Below are positions 42,141-55,141 of a stretch of DNA of 64,000 nucleotides, piece by piece; the first letter of the stretch is position 1, and each line of letters starts with the position of its first letter. The notes beneath the pieces were generated by a model. That model was not told where the DNA came from. It saw only the letters and a program-made list of their open reading frames with translations, and did no database searches. The position numbers and the translations under genes are program-made. The stretch comes from Bigelowiella natans CCMP2755. Taxonomy: Eukaryota; Protista; Cercozoa. The stretch lies in assembly GCA_000320545.1 (NCBI GenBank), contig ADNK01003288.1, positions 1 to 64,000 on the forward strand, written 5' to 3'.

Positions 42141-42709
42141 CTATGTGAAGAAGATATTAATGTCTTCTTTTGCTAGAGAGGAGCAAATATTGTTTTGGGG
42201 AGGCACCTTATCTAGCTTATACCTGCTTCGATCGAAAAGTATACTCTCATGAAGACATCATCATTATCATGGAGATTGATAATGATCACTTGCTGCATGG
42301 GTAGTAGGGGCCACCAATCATTGTTGAGAATGATTGAGGTGTTATGAGCGCTGATAAGGATAGAGAAGACCGGTACTTATTATATCTAGATCTATGTTTC
42401 AACAAATTTGTTTGTAACGGAACCGGGATCCCGGTACTTATTTTTCCGTTATAAATTTATATCACCTTAAACAAACCAACTAAATTGTTAGAAAAACTTT
42501 TGCGAAAACCATCTAATATTTGACTGGGCAGCTGACAACATTTGGATGATTTCCCTGCTAAATTATCTAATTACATCGATATCGAGGTCAATTGTTCAAC
42601 AATCAATTGGGGTGCAAACCACACTTCTGGCACATTTACCAAAATTGAGAAACCATATTTTTCAACAAAGATCTAATCTAAGATAGGAGAACGAAATCAA
42701 TTTCAAATC

Positions 42710-42845
42710 AAACAAAACGCATTACATTTTCACAATACGTCATCACCAAAACGATTGTCGCTGTCGGTTTTTAGGATGTCCATAATGCAAACAAAACGCA
42801 TTACATTTTTACAATACGTCATGGTCAATATCATTGTCGCTGTTG
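42710..42845. repeat. Imperfect tandem duplication, about 78 bp period, in a divergent promoter
   Basis: aaacaaaacgcattacatttt(c/t)acaatacgtcat...attgtcgctgt occurs twice. Confidence 0.8.
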
Positions 42846-43136
42846 GCTTACAGCATGACGATAGAACACATCAATGGTTGGTTGATCATCGCAGCAAGAT
42901 TTGAACAGAACCGCCCCACCCATCATTAATCACTTATACGCTTCATTTCAAACCAAGTACCTACAACTACAATTGCCCGTGCGCTAACACAAAACTGTAG
43001 AGGATCTCAAATTGCAGGGGAAGAAGAAGAAGAGTTTCCATTTCTCTACCTTGTAGTTTCCCCCTTATTCCTCAAAACCCAACAATTAACGATAGATGTA
43101 TCACCGATGATGCTGCTGCTGCACGCTTAGACTGAG

Positions 43137-44419
43137 ATGCTTCAAAAAAGCAAAGAGAAAGAGCACAAAAACGCTATTTCCTCCCCCACTCCGCCATCAC
43201 CTCCCTCTTCTTCTTCCTCCTCTACCCCCATTGCAATCCGCGGCAACAACTGCCAGGAGGAGGCGCAAACCGTCTCAAACCCCCAAAACTGTGACCAAGT
43301 AGTAGGGGAGGGCAAGAAGCGATGTTGTGAGCAGAGTGCTGTTACTCGTATTACGCTACTGGTTATTCTTGTGGGACTTCCAGCAAGTGGCAAGACCTCG
43401 TTAGCCAAACATATCAAAAGCAAATTATCAGCTGGTGATGATGATGACGACAATAATAATGGTTGCAAAAGCAACAAAAAGGACGAGCAGCAGCTCTTCC
43501 AAAGAGTAGTAACAAATAATCCACGAAAAGAGGCTGAGATTGGACAACGATCTAAAGATATTAACGAGCATGAAGACACTACCCGTGAGGACTACTCTGT
43601 AATAACAAGATGTTTCAAGGAGGTTCAGGTTCAACATGTGTGCTTCGACGATATTACCCAGAATAAGATTCAGGAGGAGATCATTATTGATAGTAGTAGT
43701 AGTAGTAGTAGCAACACCACTCGTGGTAGTGGTCCTTCTTCCACAACGTTAGGTAACTTGACATATTTATAAATCACATGAAATTGAATAGAATTGAATC
43801 CCCTCTCCTCCTTCTCTCCCCTGCCAATTTATCATCACCTCTTGTTATCATAGAACGACGACTGAAAATTAGTCCTCTAAAACCCCACATAAATAATAGT
43901 ATTGCCAAAGAAGTTTGTATTTTTGGAAACATGTAACAGAACTATTAATATCTGATATGTTTACCTACTGAACAGACGATGGTAAATGGACTCCTGCATT
44001 GTGGAAGCAAAGCAGAGCCACGGCTTTGAAGCAAATAGACTCATTGCTAAAAAATGGTAATGGTGATCGTGGTGATGCCTCATTGGCTACCACTTCTTCG
44101 CCAGTTGATTTAAAGCGGAGGCATAATCTTCATCATCGTCGCACATCACAACAGACGCTGAGATTAGTGATCGCAGATGACAACATGTACGTTATGTTTG
44201 TTTGCCCACGATTCATTGATTGCTTACTTCAGGTGCAAAGTACTGAAGTAGTACTTTGGTTTTGTTTAACGATGATAACCTGTTAGGTATTTTCGAAGCA
44301 TGCGTTCAAACGTGGTTCAGATTGCGAGACGCTGTATGTTTTGACTACTCTTCCTCCTCCTCCACCCATCAAATAGAAAATATGAATAATAACCCCACAC
44401 ACACATCATAACATAAATT

Positions 44420-44454
<35 letters not shown>

Positions 44455-44943
44455 AATAAATATGTGTGTGTGTGTGTGTGTGTGTGTGTTATAATATGTG
44501 ATCCTTTTCTTTGCTCCATAATGAGCAAGAAAGACATATATTTAGAGTTTTGTAATTAAAATAGTAGTAGCATATATTTGCATTATTTGCCGAAGCGATA
44601 ATCATAAATATGCATATAATATGTGTTTGTTTCAATCATAGACGGTGCCGGTGTAGCTATGCTTATGTTAGAGACAGAACCCCACTCGTGCATCCTTAGA
44701 AATCAAGAAAGGCCAAAATACCAGAGGTAGTCAAGGAAACGATAAATCAAAAAATGAGCAGAAAGAGGGGATTAAATACATCTTTGCATTTGTTTGCGTG
44801 TTGGATATATTTGTGATTTTGTCTTATGTAATATCTTTTTTCCTATCAAAAGAGTTTCCACGAATACTATAGAAAAGATGGCAAATTCTCTTCAACCTCC
44901 AGACCCCAAAAGGTGATGGATTACGTTTTGCTGCTGCTACAAT

Positions 44944-44978
<35 letters not shown>

Positions 44979-46030
44979 TGCAGCGGAAGAAGACGATTAG
45001 TATTGTTCAAAAGAAGAAGATGAAGTACTGCCTCGTTTTAGTTGTGATTATGACGATTCAAGAAAACAAGCAACAAACGAGGGGGGGTTAACCCCTCGTT
45101 TGTTGTGTGTGTGTGTGTTCTTGCGTGTGTGCGTGCCTTCTTCTGCTTCATCTATTCAGTTATCCTACATGTATTACGACTACTACTAGTTCTTACAATT
45201 TCATTATCATCATCATCATGATCACTATTTCCATCATCACTACAATCGATCTTCAGATTTCCGTGGGAGAGAAACACAAGGTTCATAAAAGTGCAACCAT
45301 ATCCAAGAAGAACGTAAGTACGCAGCACTGATATCGATGTTTAAGGCAGCTGATGTGACATTTGACATTTTTCTTTTTCTTCAAGTGACTGGAATAAGGT
45401 TATAGATTGGAAGTGGCTTCTGACATCATGGAGACATGTTCCAATCAATATTGAGAAGGAGGAGCAAAATCGAGTTGTTCAGAAGGTAGTCACCGACAAC
45501 ACATCGTTTGCGTGTGAATTCAAAATTGGGAAGAAAAATATAAAGCTGCTGCTTTAAATCTAGGCAAAGGGGGTTGAGGCGAATGAAAAGAGTATAGCTC
45601 ATCAGGTGGGAACATGATCCCATTTTCTCTAAATTAAAGCATACATGTGCTGAGATTGAAACCATTCATGTTCCCCAGGCCGAAATGAAGATGAGAAAAT
45701 GTGTAGGAAAGTACATGTACCAGATGGACAAGATCTTAACAACGAAGCAAGTAAGCCCAAATACAAGTATCATCATTTACATGTTATAATGTTGAGGAAC
45801 GAAACCTTCTATCCCAGGTGAAGAACAAGAAGAAAGAACTCGGTACTTTCAGTAAGAAGATCAGCCAGATTCGTAAGAACATTCTAAGGCAACTTAAAAG
45901 ATCGTCAACACAATCACGTAGTATCTCAGTAAATAAAGAAGCTGAAGATTCCATCGCCAAGTTGTTGACAGACTACGAAGATGAGATCAAAAGACTTATA
46001 GAGTCTTATGATGCAATAGAAAGGGAGTAG
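43137..46030 (+). CDS. PSTK: L-seryl-tRNA(Sec) kinase (selenocysteine pathway), multi-exon
   Basis: P-loop LVGLPASGKTSLA, VCFDD, WKQSR, ADDNM|YFRSMR..QIARR and RNQER..IEKMANSLQPP..PWE follow the PSTK motif order. Confidence 0.82.
45071..45105. repeat. Inverted repeat with perfect 14 bp arms in a PSTK intron
   Basis: CAACAAACGAGGGG-GGGTTAA-CCCCTCGTTTGTTG. Confidence 0.85.
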
Positions 46031-46099
46031 TATTTTTGATATTATATTTACGTTGGACTCGATTTCTCCATCCAAGCATCTGGACATATCTTTTGATCT

Positions 46100-46570
46100 G
46101 TAATCCAAGGTGCTATTTACATGCCGCGCCGCAGCCTACAGCTAGACAGCTCTCGAAAAGTCAATGAAATTTTACGTGCTAGCTAGCTAGCGCGTGTAGG
46201 GACATGAAGTTTCGTAATGTAATGCATACGTGATTAGCATGGTCTTCTAGTCTTGCTAGCTTGCTAGTGACGGCAAGTACATCAGCGCGCGTCAGGGCGA
46301 ATTTGTCACATCGAGCTCACCCATCTAGCTAGCTAGTCATCATGCTAGCATGCACGCATTGGACATTGCTATGCTAGATCAACGTACTTCTGTGACTTGT
46401 TACAAACTAGATGGGTCTAGAAGTCTGCTAGCTAGCTAGGACGAGAGGAAGCAGCAAGGCCACATGCATGTCAGATGATGTCTAGACACGTCTAGACGTG
46501 TGCACGTGTGCAGCGCTAGAGCGAGACACATACATGAATTGCAGGTCTAGAAATGCTAGAATGGTGAGAA
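46100..46570. other. CTAG/CATG-rich spacer between convergent genes (PSTK and RAD51)
   Basis: Repeated gctagctagctagc, tctaga and gcatgc. Confidence 0.8.
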
Positions 46571-46730
46571 CAAATATTGATTATCATCCTAATTAAATAC
46601 AGGGCTTTAGCCTCGCATCATGATAATCTGGCACACGATAGTAATATCCGCAGTAAGAATAAAATATTATAAAAATGTATCATTGGATGTTGAATGACGG
46701 CAGTGGAAAAGCATTCCAACTCCCCAAGAT

Positions 46731-47948
46731 TTAATCTGCATCCCCAATTCCATCGTCGTTTATTGAGAACATGGCCTCTGATTCGGGTAAACAAGGAGAA
46801 TCAAAAATCTTACAAACCCTTGTATTTCCTCTGCCTTTTCGAAGTGATAACCTGACAGGATGTCATAACTTAGAACTAAAGTTGTGCAGATCCGAGAGTG
46901 ATTATACCTTGTACACGAGGCGTGAGCCATAATGTTGCCCCCGATTGGTTTTATTGGATTTGAAGCGAACATTGCAGATCCGTCAACACTTGCAACAACT
47001 TGGTTCGTAATTATCACTGCAACTCCATATTCATCGGCAATACGGGACAAGGCTCGAAGAAATTTTGCTAGGTGCATCTGTCTTGCAGATAATTCGCCCC
47101 GCCCGCTATAATCTGTGCGGTACAGAGCCGTGGCACTGTCGACAATAATTAAAGCATATCTAGATTCTGTCATCATGGCAGAAGCTTGAATAAGAAGCTG
47201 ATTTTGGTGGTCGCTATTGTACGCCCGAGCATATGCAACATTGTCAAGCACATCTTCCGCTTTTAGACCAAAACGTTCCGCAATTTGAACGATTCGCTCC
47301 GGTCTGAAGGTACCTTCTGTATCGATATATAGAGCTTTACCTTCTCCTCCCCCATCTTCTAATGGTAGCTGAAAATTAAGAATAAGGGTATTGGTACGAA
47401 TAATAAGAGGCGAATCCAAGAGTTAGGTATACCTGCGACGTAACGCACAGGGTATGACAGAGCTGTGTTTTCCCAGTGCGAAACTCTCCAAAAATCTCGG
47501 TGATCGAGCCAGTTTCCATTCCTCCTTGAAGTAATTTGTCCAATTCTTTCGAACCAGTTGTGAGTTTTATCACATCTTGACGACACTTATGGTACTCTGA
47601 GGCTGTAGTGAATCCCATAGGAATAAGTTTCGATGCCTCATTGAGAAGTTTATCAGCCTTCGCTTCGCTAATTCCTTTGATGGCAGTGAGCTCTTTTCGA
47701 GTGGCGTATGCCACTGATTCAACTGTATGGTATCCGGCTGTACAAGGAAGAAAAATATTCATTAATAAAAGCATTTAGGCAGTAAGATCTGCTAACCCAC
47801 CAGCAACTAGCTTTTTGACGTCAGAAGCATTTATCCCACTGCCTTCAAGTCGATCTATAGGAAGAGGTCCAGTTTCCTCCTCCTCTTCCTCTTCAACTTC
47901 GTTATTGTTTTGAAGCTGCTTGCTTTCTTTCTCTTCTTGTTGTTGCAT
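46731..47948 (-). CDS. RAD51: DNA repair recombinase RAD51, 4 exons
   Basis: Walker [70 protein letters not shown] at 47948, TAA at 46731. Confidence 0.97.
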
Positions 47949-48241
47949 GGTGAGGCCTGTCCCTGCCAGATGACTTTTGAGTTCCTCAACCAGAATGCTT
48001 GAGAGAGAACGGGGGATTTATTCTAACGTCTTGATAAATATCTTGTCACAATACAAAAATAGTGTGTAATTCGATGATTCATAAATCAATTGATATGTGG
48101 AAGTGCTTCCCTGCCATAATACATCGGAAAGTATCCCATTTAATGATTGCGTCTACTTAGATGATTGAATAATTTACAAAAAAATGTCTACCCAATTTTT
48201 TCCAACCGCTACTGCTGTGGTCACAAATCCGCGAACTTCAA

Positions 48242-48252
48242 TTGGCGGGAAA
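48242..48252. promoter_or_regulatory. E2F-consensus site TTGGCGGGAAA (TTTCCCGCCAA) in the RAD51/MSH6 bidirectional promoter
   Basis: Exact match to TTTSSCGC, almost equidistant (about 295 bp) from the two start codons. Confidence 0.55.
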
Positions 48253-48545
48253 GTGTTTCTATTTTGATTTTGAGCGCCCATTGGAAACCGGTTTCAGCAC
48301 CAAGAGCATTTGATATCCAAGAGAATGATGTTTTATTTGTTAGATGAGGTATCAATAATGACTTTTCTAGTCAAGTCGCACTTTGAAGTGCAGTGACTCT
48401 TAAAAATATTTTCTAAAAGAAAGATTGAATATATTCTGAATCTGTCTGGGAGCTCCCGCGTCGCTATTCTGGAACAGAATTCCATTAGCTCGATCGAGTT
48501 TTTCCTTCCCTCACGTTCCTTAAGCTAAATCTCATCAATAGAGTC

Positions 48546-51500
48546 ATGAGGACGCTCTTTTCCTATTTTACTAAACCATCTCCCGGCAAGCAAACGCCTA
48601 GAAAAGAGAGTGGCGCATCAAGGATGGAGGAGGAGGTGACACCGGCACCCAAAGGGCACACTTCTGTAAGTGATAAGGCAAGCATTCCTGATACTAAGGG
48701 GCGGACCACGCAAAGTACGACTACAGAAATTAAAAAGCCTATTTTAAGCACTCCAGATTCGGCGGAGAAGGCTAAAAAAATGCCAGAAAATTCAGAGAAA
48801 GCGAAGACGACCTCTAAAACAAAAACGAAACCATCAAATCGTTCGACACGTAAGCGTAAAGTTATCTCATATAAAGAGGAAGAGGATGATGAGGAGTACA
48901 TGGATGAGGAAAATCAGGAGGATGATGAAGAAGAAGCTTATATCCCTCAAGAGGACGCCGAGGACGACGAAGACGTTGATATTGATGATGAGATTTCGGA
49001 AGAAGACGAAATAATCAGACCCAGCAGAAAAAGAAACCGAAAGCTCGCAGGTTCAAGAAGGAAGGTTATAGATGAAGATAGTGAAGATGATGACAATAAT
49101 GATGCTGTTCACAAAAAGCAAAGGAAGAGATGCCGAGACGAAGCTTCTATGGAAACAGATGTAGACGAGAAGGGCGAAGAAACATCCAGCCAACCTGATT
49201 CGTTGGAGGTTTCTTTACAAAATCCAGAATCTATTGAACTCTCAAAATCTAAAGCAAAAGCATTGCGTGAAGCAAAGCGCAATATCGGCTCTGCAGGCGG
49301 AGGAGATGAATCTCAGCGTCTATCATACAAGGCTTGGGACTTTCTAAATCCAAAATTTCGCAAAGATAAAAATGGGAAAAGACCAGGCGAAGAAGGATAT
49401 AATTCAAACACTCTTCACATTGATAATCGATATTTCAAGGATATGAGTCCTGCTGAAGCCCAGTACTGGCGGTTCAAGAAAGAAAACATGGATTTCATCT
49501 TATTCTTCAAGATGGGAAAATTTTACGAGCTGTTCGACGATGACGCAGATATTGGAGCTCAAGAGCTTAACCTAAATTACATGTCTGGAAAACGACGACA
49601 CACTGGTTTCCCTGAGAAAGCGTTTGACAAGTATGCCAAAGAATTTATTCGGCTAGGATACAAGGTGGCAAGAGTCGAGCAAGTTGAAACTCCAAAAGAA
49701 TTAGCTGAACGTAACAAAATTCTTAGAAAGCAAGGTAAAAAAACGGATAAGGTTGTGCGGAGGGAAATGATTCAGGTCCTGACTCCAGGAACAGTTTCAG
49801 ACGAAACAATGATAGGCCACAAAGATGCTAATTTCACAATTTCTATATGTGAGGAAGGGGATAATATAGGCGTGTGCTTCGTTGACACCTCCAGGCTGAA
49901 GATCTATGTCGGACAATTCTCAGATGATCATTTTCGATCTCGCTTGCGCACGTTGCTTTTCCAGTTGAATCCAATGGAGATACTAATGCCGCGAGACTCT
50001 CTTAGCAAGCAAGTGCAGCTTATCATTAGAAGCGACCTTCCACATGGGGTTAAAAAGAACATTCTAGCACCAGGTTCAGAATTTTGGGATGCTGAGACTA
50101 CGTGGATGCAAATTAGGGATTCAAAGTATTTTGAAACCGATGGAGAAGAAAAATTCCCACTTGCTTTATCGGATATTCGTGAGGAAAAGGAAAACCTGGC
50201 CGTTTCAGCTATGGGTGGACTGCTATATTATCTCAGAAAAGTAATGATTGATGAGGAACAATTTAGGGCAGGCACCTTTTATCGCTATAAGGCTTGTGAC
50301 CCTAAGTATAGACACAACATGATATTAGACGCTCAGACGCTACAAAACCTCGAAATCCTAATGACTGATCAAGGTACCCGTGAAGGATCTCTTCTTTCTC
50401 ATGTCGATAGGACTCACACCGCATTTGGAAGAAGATTAATCAAAGAATGGCTAATGCGTCCCCTCGTAAGGCTTGATGATATTAATGAAAGACTAGTTGC
50501 GGTTGAAGAACTTATGTCTCGTCCTGATAATGTTCGTGAGATATCCAGCAAGCTCAAGAAATTGCCAGATTTAGAGAGGCTCCTTGTTCGAATTCACGCA
50601 AATAGCTTAACAACGGATAAAGGTGCTGTCATGTACGAGAACGTGAACGCCAAGAAGGTTCAGCAATTTTTGAAGATTCTGAAAGGTTATCGTGAGAGCT
50701 TAAGGCTCATAGAGGCAATTGATGAACCCTTTGAGTCCAGTATTCTCAAGAAAATAACCACCATTGGAGAAGGACTTCCCGACATCAGAAAAGACCTTGA
50801 TTTCTTCGACAAGGCTTTCAACAAATCTGAGGCAGAAGACAAAGGTTTTATCATTCCAAATAAGGGTGTCAATCCTGATTTTGATGAAGCCGAAGCCAAG
50901 GCGAAGGATTGTATGAAAAGACTCGAGTCATACCTTCGCAAACAGCAAGCTCTCTTCAACGATCGATCTATTAAATACAAGCACCTTGGAAAAGAAAAAT
51001 ATCAGCTTGAAATTAGTAATGAAACTCTAAAGCGTAAGCCAAAGAGCCTCATAGCAAACTGGATGCTCTCTGGATCTTCGAAGAAATACAAAAGGTTTTC
51101 AACAACATCAAAGACTTCTCTCTCTCTCTCTCGCGCGCTCTCTCTCTCTCTCTTTCTCCCCCCTCGTCGAGCGATTCTTCAGTGTCAGAGTATGTCGTTC
51201 CCTGTATCTACGTCTAACTGAAGGCTTAATCAAATATTGTAAATCGCTGAACTAACCCCCTTTCTAACACCAGATATTTATCGCCCAAAGCACAAGAAAT
51301 AGCTGCAGAGCTGGGCAATGCCGAACACGATCGTGATACGATTTTGAACGATGTTTCAAGGAAAATGTTTGCATTGTTTTGTAAAACGCATAGTAAGTGG
51401 AATGGAGTTGTCTCTTGCCTGGCGCAGCTGGATTGCTTGATAAGCCTCTCCATTGTGAGCATGGATCAGACACCTTCAATTAAGCCAGAATTTAAGGACT

Positions 51501-52266
51501 CCAAGACATCTTTCGTCGGTAAGTAGAAAGACGTCTTTCATTCAATCCTGACTCCAACTGCGTATTGTCTTTTGTTTAGTTAACTACACACCTCCTCATC
51601 CTCATCCTGCTCATAGAATAATGTGCAAATATCAATCAGAAATTAGGGAGGCTGTCCATCCCACAGTTGCAGCGGCTCAGAATATATCAAACACATCTTT
51701 CATTCCAAATGACATCGTGATTGGATCTGCAGAGAATGAAGCAAGGTTTTTACTAGTCTCTGGGCCTAACATGGGAGGTAAATCGACGTTGCTTCGACAA
51801 ACGTGTGTTACCATCGTCCTTGCGCAGATTGGATGCTACGTTCCTGCTGAACATTGCAAGCTCACTCCAGTTGACCGAATCTTCACTCGTGTGGGAGCAA
51901 ACGATAGAATCATGCAAGGACAGAGTACATTTATGGTGGAGTTGCAGGAAACTGGCAATATCTTAAAGCATGCTACTCCACGTTCACTGGTGATTCTGGA
52001 TGAATTGGGAAGAGGCACATCTACATTTGATGGAACAGCTATCGCTTATTCAGTTATTCAGTACCTTCTAGATCAAGTCAAATGCATGAGTCTCTTCTCG
52101 ACACATTACCACAAACTTCTCGACGAGTTTAAGAATGATGAGCGCATTGCTATGTACCATATGGCATGTTCAGTGCAGAAGGAATCGGTCACTTTTCTAT
52201 ATAAGTTTACGAAGGGGGTATGCAAAAGCAGCTACGGAATGAATTGCGCATCTCTAGCAGGTCTGT

Positions 52267-52304
<38 letters not shown>

Positions 52305-52486
52305 CCAATTTCTACATTATTTCTGTTCCATTGTAAAATATTAAAAAAATGGTCTCGTCCTGCATTACTAACTACTCCTTCGTAGGTGTTCCTAAAGATG
52401 TCGTGCAACGAGCTAAAGAAATGGCCAGAAAATTCGAAGAATCATTGAGTGCAGCCCATGGACAACAACAACTGACTGGATGCTAG
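48546..52486 (+). CDS. MSH6: DNA mismatch repair protein MSH6; exons about 48546-51094, 51274-51518, 51640-52260, 52386-52486
   Basis: PIP-like start MRTLFSYF, MSH6-type FFKMGKFYELF, Walker A GPNMGGKST, STFMVEL, ILDELGRGTSTFDG and FSTHYH. Confidence 0.96.
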
Positions 52487-52857
52487 GAGGCACCAAAAAG
52501 TTGTCCTTTTAAAACATAACATACACGGTTTTTCCCTACGATCATTCGCTGTTCATCCAATAGTGTTTTTATAATGATCATATTTCAAAATGAAAGTCAA
52601 GAATTAGTAAATAAAGCGATACGACATAATTTTCGCACCTACATATACACATAGTAATATACAATATACATAATGTGTTTATTTTGTGGCTATAACACAT
52701 ATGTATCCTTTCTCATCAATGACATTTGACAGTCCAAACGCATCGAATTAGCATTGTCATTACAGACTCATGCGCAGAATTCGTAATGAAACAAAAGTCC
52801 AACGTATTATTCAACATGCGAACGTAATAGGAAAAGCATATCATGTATAGATGTACG

Positions 52858-52903
<46 letters not shown>

Positions 52904-52924
52904 GCCAACTACGCCAACAAGACT

Positions 52925-53570
52925 GTGGCCATGCTAGCATGCCTTGCTAGCTAGCTAGCTTGCAGCAGAGGCTAGCAATGCTGCGCCATGCGCATCTAGA
53001 CATGCATGCTAGCTACATTGCTGCCATGCCATCTAGCTTAGCATGTCGTGCATAATAAAAATGATTACATGCTAGACAAGCCTAATGACCATTTTAAAGA
53101 AAGCGATTTGCATTGTGTACCTCATGATAGATGCGACAGCATGCACGCACAGCTAGATGAGGCCATTCTGTAGTAGTGCTGGCATGAGAGCTAATGCAGT
53201 TCTGCCCATGCTGCCCTGTCTAGCTATGACTGTCTAGCTACGTAGTCATTCTAGCTGCGCAATGACGAGTTAGCTAGTTAGATGATGGCTGCATGTCTAG
53301 CTAGCTAATCACACATACAGCTAGATAGGCTACTTTTGCAGACTCCATAGCTTCAAGAACTTGTATTCAAATGATACAATTTGAGCGCTAGTGCGCTGTG
53401 GCCGCAGCTTTGCGCAGCTACATTCATTGGGATGACGTACAATTGAAAGTTTTAACGCGTGTTCACTATACTACTAGTGCTAGCTAGCTAGTAGTAGTTC
53501 ATTGCATCCGTCTCATGCATAGCTAGATAGATCGAAAAGTTAGCGGAAGCATGGATTCAACATACTGCGA
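52925..53570. other. CTAG/CATG-rich spacer between convergent genes (MSH6 and SGTA)
   Basis: Dense ctagctagctag and catgcatg. Confidence 0.8.
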
Positions 53571-53600
53571 CATGGTTATTTGTCATCAAAGTAGTCATGA

Positions 53601-54193
53601 TTACTCTAGCTCTTCAGCATTATCGTAGTTGTTGTTACTCCCGTCGTTATCACCAGATTGTGTCGCAGCACCGTTGTTACTACCACTTCCATTAGCAGCA
53701 CCAGGAAACATCATCCCCCCCCCTCCCCCTCCAAGGCCTCCCATCATAGAACCTAAACAGTAGAAGAAGAAGAAGAAAAACATTTAGCGATTAAAAAGCA
53801 GCAATGTTGGTAGTTACTACTGCCATGTTCCTATTGTTATGCTGAACGATTGATGGTTGCACAGCTGCTGCTGCTGTTTTAAATGATAGTATATCTTGAT
53901 TGAAAAAGCATCATCTTGGTTCCTTTTCTTCTTATTCTAATTCTCCTTTTACCTAACAAGCCCCCCATCTTGCTCATGAGAAGTGGATTGTTCATGTGCT
54001 TCAGGAGTGCTGGCATGCCTCCGTTTGCTATTTCCTCTAGTATGGGTTGAAGCTCAGGGTCGTCTTTCATAGCTTTAATCTACCACAACACACACACACA
54101 CAAAACACACACACATAACAACAACAACAACAAGCGATGATTATGCATGGCGCTATTTAGTTACTAATACATGTTTGTGCTGCTGGAATATAT

Positions 54194-54240
<47 letters not shown>

Positions 54241-54771
54241 TATACGCACAGCGTATTTTTGTTACTATTAAAGTGTATTATTATTATTATTATTGCTACT
54301 GCGTGTATAGATAGTAGATTGAAAGTGGTGTAAATAACGTTAACCACCACCACTGCTGCGTTTAAGGCACCGAAGCAACGTTTATTGTTATTTATTATTA
54401 TTATCATTATCGAGCAAGGTGTTATCATCGATATTGCTTATTGTTCTTCGTCTTCTTTGTTCTCTCACTATTTAAATTGAGGAGGAGGAGGAGGAGGAGG
54501 AGGAGGAGGATGGGCAGCAGCTCTAATCGTAATACCACTGTACTACTACTGCCCTCTCACCACATGTTTGTCACTGATTTTGATGATAGACACATACATC
54601 GGGATTGTTAGCAAGGCCTTGAACGAAGTTGTTAATGCCTGGTGGTGGTTCCATTCCTGCTCAAGAACAAAGGAGTGAGTGCCGTGTGAGAAGAGAGAAC
54701 AAGTGCCAGCATTAGGGTCATCAACATAATGTGAAGAGATGGTGTAACATTAATGAATGCTCAAGAAGTAG

Positions 54772-54809
<38 letters not shown>

Positions 54810-54847
54810 GTTGGGAAAGAAGAAGAAACCGGAGAGAGATCACTATG

Positions 54848-54886
<39 letters not shown>

Positions 54887-54948
54887 TACTACTACTATAA
54901 TTGAGAGGAGAAATAAGGAACATGGCGGAAAAGTAGCAGCACTATGCA

Positions 54949-54990
<42 letters not shown>

Positions 54991-55106
54991 TTATACATGA
55001 CTACTCAGCTGGAGGATGGAGACAAAACAGGCAGAAGAAGACATTTGTGTTGCCTCTATTGTGAGACGATGAAATCAATCTATTACTCATCTTCCCTTGT
55101 CTCATC

Positions 55107-55141
<35 letters not shown>

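Noticed and set aside
45085-45094. GGGTTAACCC as a telomere-fusion scar
   Set aside because: Only one partial unit on each side; better explained as the centre of a local palindrome.
46731-47948. DMC1 as an alternative call
   Set aside because: [23 protein letters not shown] and GGNIMAHAS are RAD51-type; DMC1 typically has FRVDF..ERQQKL and GGH.
51095-51273. MSH6 apparently truncated at 51221
   Set aside because: A GT-AG intron containing (CT)n restores the frame into the C-terminal part, including the ATPase domain.
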